Source: Takakia lepidozioides (taxonomy: Eukaryota; Plantae; Bryophyta). Taken from it: a stretch of 64,000 bases of DNA. Below the pieces are notes generated by a model. It ran no database searches. It was given only the letters and a program-made list of their open reading frames with translations, and was not told the DNA's origin. The stretch is from the NCBI GenBank assembly GCA_030704615.1, contig CM060731.1, forward strand, positions 53,692,001 to 53,756,000, read 5' to 3'. The position numbers and the translations under genes are program-made. Positions 49,750 through 60,700 of the stretch are shown here, in pieces. Position 1 is the first letter of the stretch, and the number at the start of each line of letters is the position of its first letter.

Positions 49750-50700
49750 TCCAGGTCAAGCAATTGAGATCCATTGCTTGCCCCAACACCTGACGACGTG
49801 ATGCCTCAGAAAGAGAAGGCACCGCCGTGGTCCCAGTGGAAAATCCCATAGCCCGCTCTCGCTCGTCGGCATTAGGCTCCACTAACTGTTGCAACTGGCA
49901 TCCCACAAGAGGCCAGGTCCACCATCCCGAAAAGCATGGGATCCTGGGAAGCTGAGCAGTGTAGGTAATGCTGCTCGTGGTTGACCCACCCTGTTGACCA
50001 CTGCCAAAGGCGAACGGTCATCGTGTCTCACACGTTGAGACTGCCTCCCTGTGTCCAAAATGCCATCCACGGTGAGGTGTGTTGGCCGCTGCAACCCCAT
50101 CAAATGCACGCTTGAGCAGTGCGGGTGGCATCAAGTTAGTCCACCAAGCCGTGGACGATGAGCCCGTGACCCCACTGCAGCTGCATCCAGCAACACTGCT
50201 GACCCAAGCCACGACCGGACTTGATGCACACTGGCCATCACCCTGGCCCGAGAATCACCCATCAGTGGCACATTCTCCAAGATGTATGCTGGAGATACAG
50301 CTTGATGAAGCTGCAAGTGGCGCAAAATCCGCACCATCTCCCAAAACAGACCCGTCCTCGAGTCTCGCAATCCATTGCCATGCCCGGCTGATGAATGCCC
50401 TTGGCAGGGCCAACCTGCCACTACCAGATCAATGGAGCCAACCTGCTCCAAATCCTGCGCCCCCAGCAACGAAATGTCTGCTGGCAAGGCTTGTTGGTAT
50501 CCACGAACTGCAGACACTGGCAACAACTCAGGGTACTGCTGTCACCAACTGAGCAACATGGCGCAGTGAGACGCGTCGTGCAGTCTCATCCCTCTCCACA
50601 TACAGGTAACGTTAACTCGTACACCTGCCTGCAGCACTGCAGCCAATCCAGTGCTGATCCCGCCAAACAAGTCCAGAAGGCAAATGCCTTCATCCGGGCA
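49750..50700 (-). CDS. Retrotransposon-borne C5 cytosine DNA methyltransferase domain (DNMT3-like); frameshifted
   Basis: Motif I LLDLFGG, motif IV IDLVVAGWPCQG, motif VI YILENV, motif VIII DAAAVGSRAHRPRL, and motifs IX/X ERERAMGF..SRRQVLGQAMD. Confidence 0.92.
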
Positions 50701-51134
50701 CTGCCACACAATAGGTGTGGTGTCCAATGGCGACAACTGAGGTGGTCCTGGTGCAATCACCGCACTCTCCTCCTCTCCTGACGGTACAAAAGCCTCTACC
50801 CAAGCTTGTTGCACCCGTCCATCAGCAGCCTGCTGCAAATCCTTGCTCGTACCCCACAATGGAGTGTGAGCAACCATGGCAGGCAACTCCGCCATACCAT
50901 GCATGTCATCCTGCTCTGCTGGAGGTGGCACATCCTCTGCATGGGCATTGCCTTCCAGCAACTCTCCAGGCCAACTAACTGCAGCTGTAAAGGCGGCTAG
51001 TGTTGGCATCTTGCCCCGCTGGGCAGCCGCAATACCCCCAATGAATGTCACAGGGAGCTGTGCACGGCGACCATCCCCTGACTGCCATCCAGGCCTGTAG
51101 GATGCTGACTCCTCCCAAAAGTCCAGGGTGAAGC

Positions 51135-51420
51135 CCATGGGTATAACACTGCCCCACCAACGAGGACATCGTAAGAGACCGCGTCTGTCACAATGGCCTT
51201 GGCTCGCATCACTGAGCCATCTCTAGGATGATCCGGCTGCAGTCTAATGGCCAACTGATGCCGTGTCATGCCCCGAGCCTGCTCTGATCCTCCCAGAGAT
51301 GTCTGTATCTGGAAAGGACAAGGCTCCATATCCGCCTCCATGAGGCCCAAACCTGCAATAGCAGCTCTGCCCAACATCAGTGGCTGAGCTCCCGAGTCCA
51401 ACAAGACCCGCAGTGGCCGG
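51135..51420 (-). CDS. Retrotransposon aspartic protease
   Basis: RVLLDSGAQ ... YDVLVGGAVL. Confidence 0.85.
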
Positions 51421-51864
51421 TACTTCTTGCCTGCCGGTCCACTCAAAGTGAAAATGTCATCCTGGTTGTCTAACAAGACAACTCCAGGTGTCACCATGGC
51501 GCGCTCAAAGGCTGGCCTAGCTGGCAGCTCCGTCAACCTGGCAGCTGCAGCTTGCCATGGCGCAGCCGTGGCAGTCTTGACCCTCAAATCCGAGGATCCC
51601 TCTGCCACTACACCTTCCACTAACTCCGCAGAAGATGAAGTGACCTCCCCACTCTCACAGAGTGTTGCTGCTAGTCTGAACACTGCAGCTGGTCTTACCC
51701 CCGCGTCGCAATCATGTTGCCGAGAACAGTGGGGCTTGACACACAGAGGTGGCTGCCCCCACAACACACCGGCTGCACTAGCCTTGGTAGCAGGTGTCAG
51801 TGCTGCACGTGTAGCTCTCCCCAATGGCATAGTAACCCCTCCGCCTCGGTAACAGTCGGGAGAA

Positions 51865-53400
51865 CTAGGTGCGTCGACACTGTCTCCGCCAATGTGAATG
51901 ACTGAGGAAGCCTCGCCTGACGGCTTGCCTCCCCACGCTGTGGATCCAATCCACCTCTGCACCTCGTGGCTCAGGAACTCGTGCTGCTCCTCGAGTCACG
52001 GCTGCAGCAGACTCCACCTGCTCTAGTGGTAGTGCTGCTCCGCACATGAATCCCATGCCTCCCATATCTCCTCCCTCAGGAGCAGGAGGTGGACCATCCC
52101 GCCTGGGAGCCGGTACCGCCTGAGCTGTAGCCATGGCAGCGAGCCTCTGCTCTAGCTGCTGAAGCCGGTTGGCCATGCCTTGGTCAACACCCTGACCTCC
52201 GCGTCCTTGGCCATGTTGAGCTTGCCCTTGGCCTGCACCTCGTGCCCGACCACCTCGTCCTCTCTGGGCTGGTCCACCTCGCCCCCGGCCACCATTGTTC
52301 CCTTGGAACTGGCCTGGGCGCAACTCAGGATGCAAGTCATAACACTGGGCATCTCCATGCCCATACTTGCCACAATGCCCACACTGCAACTGTGCAGGCT
52401 GTGCTTGTGCCGGCCTTCTGCCCTTCTGGGCAATCTCTCTTGACATGGGGTCCTCCACATGTCCAACATATCACCCCTGGTTGCTGTTGGCCTGCAAAAG
52501 ATGCCACGGGCCTCTGCACCTGAGGTCCCCTGTAAGCTCCATGGAACTTGGGTTGGGAAACCTTGCCCCCTTGACCACGCTGTTGGGCAGTCCCTGTGCA
52601 AGCTGCGCCTCGTGCAGGCATGTCCTTGCCAAATCCAATGGTAACAACTCGCTCCTCCACCATGTTGAGCTCAATCCGCTCAGCCAGCAGAAACACATCT
52701 GCTAATGTGGGTTGGGCTGCTTGTAACAGGGTTGCATCTCGCACCCTTCTCTTGAGCTCCTTGTCCAGAATTCCATACCAAAACTGGATTGCCTGAGCTT
52801 CAGTAACCCCTTGGGTCACACTTATCAAGCGCCTCATACGAGTGTACGCCTCTCGCAGCTCTCACTGGGTTTGGCGCTGGAAGTCTTGTAGTTCCTCCAC
52901 AACTCCTGGAAGAACTCCACCACCGGGTTGAATCTAGGCACATGTGTTGTAGTTGCGGCAGGAGGAGTAGTAGCACCTTTTGAACTGGTACCACCTGCAG
53001 AAGTACCGGCACTACTTGTTCCACTACTAGTGCTGGCAGTGGGAGATATTGGTACTGATGCAGCTACTGGTCGCGTCGTGCCTCGAGTAATGGAGACGTA
53101 GTCAGGTGACCAATACATCCTCCACTCCTCAATCTCTGCTTCATGTCCTCGCCTGAACTCGTGGTAATCGTCCATAGGCGGGCCTTCCAAATGCTGGAAC
53201 AGTCCCTTCCACGCCATGAATGGGGTGAAAGCTGTGGATTGCGCATCTGCTGCAAATCACACCAGCTGTCGAACTCCTGGATAAAGTCATCCAACTCGAT
53301 TGTGCCCACAGCTCCAGAGTACCTACGAGGCCCCTTGGTAGCTCCATACATCTCCTCCATGTCGTCCCACAACAATGGCGAATGAAACTGCACACCTGTT
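51865..53400 (-). CDS. Gag with two zinc knuckles; frameshifted
   Basis: RYSGAVGTIELDDFIQEF..; CWTCGGPHVKRDC; CGHCGKYGHGDAQC; RG-rich region. Confidence 0.8.
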
Positions 53401-54102
53401 GATGAAGCCTCCGAGTCTGTGTCTGACTCTGCACTAGTTGAGGGTGGAGGTGAAGGTGGTCTGAACGAACACCTCGTCTGGTGAACCCACTCTCACTGCT
53501 ACTACTGCCTGTAGCCGTACTCCCCTCAAAACCCTGGGTAACTCCGTGATGACACTCACAATGTGCACCTCCCCCACGTGACACTATAAGGCTCTAGTAC
53601 TAATTCTAATAGTGACACGGGTGGGCACCTGTTGCAGTTTAAGGGTCATATCCCAGTGGCTCAGGGCACCTGCACCTGCACCTGCATCCACCGCAAGAAC
53701 TCCTATGGTTGGCTGGTCATCAACCCAGCTCACCATAGAAGAAACACTGGTGGTCTTGCTGGTCATCACTCCAGCCTCACCACCGACAGCATACTCTAGG
53801 ATTGACCGGTGATCAAATCCGGCCTAATCCCTATGAAAGCAAGCGCCCACACAAAACCAACATGGCGCACAGTCAAGCATGCAGGTGTTGGGGGGGATCC
53901 AAACACAAGAAATCAAAACATCAACACCCCCACACCAAAATCCAGCTGCAATGCTGATCCTGCAGAATAGCCCAGCCCAAAACCCCGGACTGACTGGCCT
54001 CCACCAAGAGAGGCTTTGGCAACTACAAGTACAAGGTAATGAAAATAGTACAGAGATGGAGGGGAAGAATAGAAGCCCGCCCAAGCAAGATCTAATCCTG
54101 AT

Positions 54103-54852
54103 CTATGCTATCAACTGCCAGACTTCTCTCAAAGTGCCTCGCTCTGCATGATGGTAAGGTGTAGGAGGTATATCTATGTCCAGAAACCTGCCACTAACCT
54201 TGTCCCAAGCTACAGTAGCTCGCTCTAACCAACCCTCCTCCTCTTTCTGCCAGGTAGAGACAAAGCAATACTCTGTTATCTCCCGCTCACTGAACACTAA
54301 AGAAAACAAAGGTAGGGTCTGATAGTCTCTCAACTCGAAAGCTTTGAGACGGTTGCGGGTGTCCTCATTGCGAATGACTGCATCTCCTTCAAACAGAACA
54401 AACTTGTCCTTGCTAATGAACCCCCGCTCGTGGTTGCCTTGTGCAGAGCGTATCCGGCTGCAACGCTGTCTGATTGCACAAACTTGTGTAGCTCCTGCTC
54501 CTCTGCTCCAGTACACCACGGCCTTGTGGCTGAACACCTTGGTCCCCGGGGCTGTCTTTGGCTGTGTTCCAAGCCTAGCTTTCACCCACTTTGGTATTTC
54601 ACTTACAGCTGCAGAACTGCTGGCTCCAACAGAGTTCTGACTGTCCAAAGCAATATTGAGGCCCTCAATGCCAACTACAGCATTTTGTTGTCTACTGCTA
54701 ATGCCTGACTCCCAGTATGCAATCAACTCGTCCAACTGTTCTCCACTCAAATCAGTCTGAGTTCCTTGGGAAACATAAATCTTGTCCCCTTGGGTGCACA
54801 GGCTAAGAGAAGAGACCTGCCCTTCAATTACGTCCTCATTTCCCCCAGCCAT
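54103..54852 (-). CDS. Accessory ORF of unknown function upstream of gag
   Basis: Uninterrupted 249-aa ATG ORF on the element's sense strand; no recognised motif. Confidence 0.5.
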   Translation of the reverse strand: MAGGNEDVIEGQVSSLSLCTQGDKIYVSQGTQTDLSGEQLDELIAYWESGISSRQQNAVVGIEGLNIALDSQNSVGASSSAAVSEIPKWVKARLGTQPKTAPGTKVFSHKAVVYWSRGAGATQVCAIRQRCSRIRSAQGNHERGFISKDKFVLFEGDAVIRNEDTRNRLKAFELRDYQTLPLFSLVFSEREITEYCFVSTWQKEEEGWLERATVAWDKVSGRFLDIDIPPTPYHHAERGTLREVWQLIA

Positions 54853-55445
54853 ACAAAGAATACATCCCCAGATTGATCTCTCATGTAGACCAGAACAGGT
54901 TCTAGAAACAGGATTGTGGATCTTTCATGGCACACTCACACTCTAAAAATTCCATAGATTTCTAGCAGAGTCCCAAAAACAAAAACCAGGTCTAGATAGG
55001 TAGATATCCCCTTTCTGCAGCTATCCCCCCAAAAACTGGGTCAAACAGAGTCCATTTGACAAAGATATGACCAATTTGGCTTTAAATCATTTAAAGTTTT
55101 AAATCATTTAAAGGTTTTCAAATTTAAAAATTTAAAGTTACACCCAAACTATCTGGTAACTGGTTCCCGGTTCCCTACATTCTATATGGTTTCCTAGGTT
55201 CCGTGGCCACGTGCCCTATAATTCCTAGGATTTCAGTTGTGTTTACAAATGCACCCCCCATAGCTCTTGGTTACCAGTGACTTTCTAGTGACAGCACACC
55301 TTGCTCCAGTCTTCTGCATACCGAGAGTGAGAGAGAGAGAGGGAGGGAACTGTGGCACTCAATAGTGTCTTGCTGTGAGAGAGAGTGGTGTCAACATTCC
55401 GTGATTGCTTGCAGGCTTGCGCACCAAGAGAGGGGGAGGAAAGAC

Positions 55446-55740
55446 ATGTTTATGGACGCCATGTACAGGCGAGGGGTCACTCACAGTCTGTTCGAGGCCT
55501 TGGTGGCTAACGATAAACTCACTGAGGAGGATTACCAGCGGGAAGCACTGGACTTTGTGCTGGAGCTTGCGGGTCCCCGGCCCATTCCAGTTACGGGGGA
55601 GAAAGCCCTCGGCACTGATGCGTTTATCTATGTCGATGAGCTGCCGGTTCCTGCGTTTGCTGTTGATTGTAACATGCGCTGTGTGTTGTGGAACAAGCGC
55701 GCTGCTGATCTCAGTGGCTGGCTTGAGTCTGATGTTGCCA
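55446..55740 (+). pseudogene. PAS-domain-like fragment within the retrotransposon leader
   Basis: FIYVDELPVPAFAVDCNMRCVLWNKRAADLSGW resembles a PAS N-terminus (P.FAVD..G....WN..A..L.G). Confidence 0.6.
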
Positions 55741-56137
55741 CCATCTTTTTTTTTTAGATTCAGCATCAAATTCTAGTTGGTCTCTTTTTTCTGAAAGTCT
55801 TTCGTCATTGCACCCCCTCTGTCTCGCAGGAAGATTACACGGCATTGTCCACCCTTTCTCTCTTGACACGGCCTGCAGCCTCGTACTCTCCTTGCGGTCT
55901 TCACCTTTACTTTTGTTTCCCCTAATATTAGTCAAATGGTACGGACACCCCCTTTGGTCTCCGATTCCGCAGCTTTCTCCTCTCCTCCAGTTTTAGCTTC
56001 GCAGCATGTCTCACGGTTGTCTTCTCTTGATCCGTCAATGTCTTTCTCTAACTTGCTTCGGTCGGAAATAGCATCGTCCTCATTAGGTGAATCTTCCGAT
56101 GGTCTGTCAGCCTTGCAACCAGGCTCGACAAGTCTTG

Positions 56138-56382
56138 CCGTGCAGAGGATGGCTCACCCTGACAGTGAGCTGGCCACTGCAAGAGCAGTATCTGCTGCTG
56201 GCACAGTCATGACCCTGTCATCATGGGCAACCAGCAGTGTTGAAGAGGTTGCATCAGTAGGTCCTGGCATCCGCTTCTTCCAGCTTTACGTATACAAGGG
56301 CAGAAGTGTGGTTGCACAATTGGTACGCCGAGCAGAGCGTGCAGGTTTTAAGGCCATTGCCCTCACTGTGGACACCCCTCGT
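56138..56382 (+). pseudogene. GOX: Captured glycolate oxidase fragment (no introns)
   Basis: [69 protein letters not shown]. Confidence 0.9.
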
Positions 56383-56700
56383 ACTCGAATGTCATAGGGC
56401 AGAATGCCATTCAGGGATGTATGCAAGAATTGTAACTGGTCAAAGCAATATGGAGTCACAAAATGAGCCACCTGACCCCAGGCATGAACACCAACATCTA
56501 TGCGGCCTGCAGCGCAAAGAAGCAGCTGATCACGTGTACATCTGGTCACCTTGGCCAGTGCATCCTCTACCAAGTACTGCACTGTCACACTGTTTGCCCT
56601 TGGCTACAGTTGCCACCCTGAGTAATTGGTGCCATCATAGGAGATCACCAACCTCCATTTCCATGTGGGTTTGCTCTCCACGCCGACTTCAATCTGAGTG
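56383..56700 (-). pseudogene. Captured TruA-family tRNA pseudouridine synthase fragment
   Basis: [57 protein letters not shown], with one internal stop. Confidence 0.88.
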
Positions 56701-57229
56701 AGCTCAACGCCACTGTGAGGAGTCTCGAAGGTTAAAAGCCCGTTGTCTGGCTTCGCACTCTTAGCACGATTCATCCGACCACTACGACAGCTATAGGGAG
56801 TTCTAAGTTCCTTGTAAACCCAACCCCCATCATTGTGCCTTATCACGATGGGCCCGTTCTTGTAGGGACAAATGGAACTCTTAACATTTATACCATCTAC
56901 TACGGTACTTTCACTGCTGCCCAGCTAGTACCCCTTATGCACAACCCACATAATCCTTCTCCCCCAACAAGCCCACTGGCCTCCTGTGCCTCTTGAAATA
57001 GCGCCTTGGACGTTGCTGGCAGCTTCACTTGCCTTCTCCTCATAGGCTCAAATCATTAAAAAAAAAAAACAAATGGCATCGTCTCGCCCCACCTGCACTT
57101 GCACACCCTTCCAAGCATTGCTCACCTTCTTTCAACAAATCGCTTCTCTCACTTTTAAAACAAAAACCACAAGTGCTAAAACTAAACTCACCTCTGGCAC
57201 TCACAGATGCAAACCTCATCTCTCTCGAG

Positions 57230-57579
57230 TGATAAACAAGCTAAGAACACACTGTTCACACAAGAAAACATGAAATCCATCGCTATCACTCTTTAAAACA
57301 GAAGTCGAGCCAGGGGCACCCCAAGCTGTGGGGACTCCACCCCACAACAACCTACACTCCTATCATGAGCACACTCAGTCCTAAACGATGCAGGAGCTCG
57401 GTCGCGCAGGCTCAACTCGAGAGAGATGAGCTGCGCGACTGCCGCTCTCGTGAAGATAAGACGGTTCAGGTGTCAAACTAAACTTGACACCTGATTTAAC
57501 ACTTGACCTAAATCCAGTGTTAATACAAATAACTAGCTTTATTCTAGTTGTTTTCACACTGTGCTTATTTAACTTGACA
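57230..57579 (-). repeat. 5' LTR lacking its first 87 bp
   Basis: Minus strand TGTCAAGTT...GTTTATCA, matching 45959-45608. Confidence 0.85.
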
Positions 57580-57722
57580 GAGGCCAATACTTGGCAGATT
57601 TGAGGAGCTTCTTAAGGGCTGTTTGGAGGACTCTTGGAGGCCATATTGGACAAGCTTGTGGAGCCATTGTGAGGGCTGGTTGGAGCCCGTGGAGGCCACT
57701 ATTTGGCGGGCTGTTAGAGGAC

Positions 57723-60700
57723 TGTAGGGGACTTAGACACTTATACGGGATCTGTAGGGTACCCTTAATTTTGCACAGACTGAGACCAACATGAGCCTTA
57801 GGGGTGACAGCAGCGCACTGTAGAGGGGGGTTACACAGCCAACACAGCCCGTCACAGTCGTCACACAGCACACAGCCAGCCAACAGCCCGTCACAGTCGT
57901 CACAGCCGACACAGCCAACACAGCCCGTCACAGTCGTCACAGCAGACACAGCCAACACAGCCCGTCACAGTCGTCACAGCCGACACAGCCAACACAGCCC
58001 GTCACAGTCGTCACAGCAGACACAGCCGACACAGCCACACAGCCACACAGCCAGTCACAGCCCGACACAGCCAAACACAGTCGCACAGCCAGTCACAGCC
58101 CGTCACAGTTTCGCACAGCCAGTCACAGCCCGTCACAGTTTCACACAGCCAGTCACAGCTTGACACAGCTGTCACGATCATAGGGAACGAAGAGTAGGAC
58201 AGGGAACGACTGTGGGGAACAACACCTGCGAAGGGAACATGTTAGTTCACAGACGACGGTTAGTGAGGAAACGGTTAGAACCGCGGATAGGAAGATAAAG
58301 GGGGACTTCGGGGGGAGATGAGGATCATTATTCGGAGGAGGACTTCTTAGTCAGGCTGGAGCGGAGATCGGAAGCAAAGATGGAGAGCACGGTGAAGGAG
58401 GAAAGAGGATTAGTAGATGCTTGTTATATGCAAAGCTGTAGTGATATTGTAGAGCAGATTAGAGACACAATGGCTTCGGCCTGATACCTGATAAATCATA
58501 ATCTGATACTTATACGATACAATCACACTGTGTAGAGAGATCTGAGTGAAGCTGTGGATTGAATGGATGAGTGAAGGAAACCGATAGATTGATGAAGCAA
58601 ACTGATACTTAATTATCAATGGTAAGGTAGCTAAGATGAATGCGGAAAGGAAACAAATAGGAAACACCCCCATGATACACTAGCTGTAGGTCATGACTGA
58701 TTGTTCTGCGCGGGCTGAGTACTTAGAGATTTCCAACTCTTCTATCTTGGAGTTTCCGCCTCGGATAGCGAAGGGATGGGTGAGTAAAAGCCGCGCGACA
58801 TTTGGCGACCATACTGGGGACCTGGGACATGAACAACCAGATGTGACAGGCATCTGGTGGGATCATGGTGGTTGGACCATTAAAGAATTTGAAGTGAATC
58901 AAATTCCCTATGGAACGAAGGAAGAAAGATTGTCCAAACAATTCTTTCAAAGGTTCTTGGAATTGCCAGACGGTTGTAAAGAAAATATTCTTAAACGAGT
59001 GCATGATGCTAATCCAGAATGGGGTATGGAGAAAGGAGTGATAAAGATTTATCAGGTAGCCTGTAGAGGAAGAGCACGTTGGTTACCAACATTGGTTTAT
59101 GTGATAGCATTGCTATCCATTAAACGAGTAGAGTTTGAAGGCTGGGAAGAAAGAAAGGTGAATGTTTATACTCATATGCATGAAGAGCTTGTACTGGTAA
59201 AGAATTGGATTCCAAAGGATATTTTGTGGATCAAACTCACACCAAGAACAGCTTTTCAGACTTGTTTGCCATATGGTTATATGGTAACGGAGACTTCAAG
59301 TATAGCCAAGGGTGCATTGAAGCTTGAAAGAAACCCAGGCATATACGAGAGATATTACAGAAGAGAGTTTTGGTTATTGCCACATTAAAAGAAATGAAAG
59401 ACATGGGACATGAGTGATGAAAGAGAAGCTAGACGACAGAGATATTCAGCAAAAAGAGAAAGCTATCTGAAAGCTAATTATCCATATCTTTGGGAGAGAG
59501 GAATAGACATAGGGGAATCATCTGGACCTCTCACACCATCAAGATCAAAGAGTGCATCACCTATACCGGAAGAACTAGAGTTGGATGCCACTCCTTCTGT
59601 TTCTTTGCAAGAAAGATTAAGGGAATTGGTACAGGAAGAAGATCAATCACGAGGTGAAAGATCTGAGGTACATCCTTGGATAAAAGACTTGACAGAAATC
59701 TTTGATAAGAGTTGGCATGGAACACCAAAAGCAGGAACTCCAGTTTCTGAAGCAGAAGATGAAGAAGGAGAGAGGATGTGGCAGAGCCAACGGAAGAGTT
59801 CAGACTCTCCAACACCATTACAGTTAAGTTACATGAGTGAAGAAGAAACCCAAGGGCAGAACTTGGAGGATGAAAACAGAGAGAAGAAATTAGAAGAGGA
59901 AGAATATGAAGAAGTAGACCCAACAGGTGAGGTTGAGACTACAACCAGGACATCCCAACCCGTTGGACCTGGATCAAGTGGAGCACTTGGATCACAGGCC
60001 AACGAAGGTGTCGGCTCAGGGGGATCAGGCGGGCTGCCTGGATCTGGCTCTGGGGGGACAGGGAGTGTGGGAAGTAGTGCAACTGAAGCTGGAATACTGT
60101 GAATATCGTGGGGCCAGAAGCAAGGAGTGCTCAGGGCCACCACTTGGTGGAAGATCCACCACAAAAACAACAGGTCCAGAAGGACCAGCACCAGCAAGGG
60201 TGCCAGCACCTGTCAGTGGGCAGAAGGTAGGGCCACAGATGGCGTGACAACCAACACGGGCAAAACCACCCTTTCCAATATATTCAGGAAAAGGGGATCC
60301 CGATGTACACATTAGCCAATTTGAGCACATGTGTATAGTGAACAATGAGAATGGCGATGATGCCAAGATGAGACTGTTTCCTTGTTCACTTATCAAGAAA
60401 GCAAGTGAATGGTATGCAAGATTCCCTGATAATCATTTCCTAACCTGGAATGGCTTGAATACAGCATTTCGAAATAGGTTCAGGACAAGTAAAACTGAGG
60501 ATGAAGTGTATGGAAGTTTACAACAGCTGAAGCAGAAGAAGCATGAAACTGTTGAAGAGTATATGGAGAAGATGGAATTGATGATGAAAAAGCTGGCTGC
60601 AGTACCAGCACCCGGGTTACAGAAGACTTGGTTTGTGAGTGGACTAAGACCAGAGTTGCAAAAGAAAGTGGATATGTTACCCCATAATACAGTGGAGGAG

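Larger units (their letters stand above)
45522..57579 (-). mobile_element. Ty3/Gypsy LTR retrotransposon: gag-PR-DNMT-RT-RH-INT-PHD, permuted LTR structure, 4-bp TSD
   Basis: TSD GAGG at 45518-45521 and 57580-57583. LTR segment 57579-57230 matches 45959-45608 with about 5 differences. Domain order is Gypsy-type. Several frameshifts. Confidence 0.93.

Noticed and set aside
49750-50700. Bacterial restriction-modification methylase or contamination
   Set aside because: It is embedded between protease and RT of a Gypsy pol, has a DNMT3-like C-terminus, and no endonuclease partner is present.
45522-57579. DIRS/PAT/Ngaro tyrosine-recombinase element, suggested by the split direct repeats
   Set aside because: It has a clear DDE integrase, a protease, a PPT and a 4-bp TSD; no tyrosine recombinase motifs were seen.
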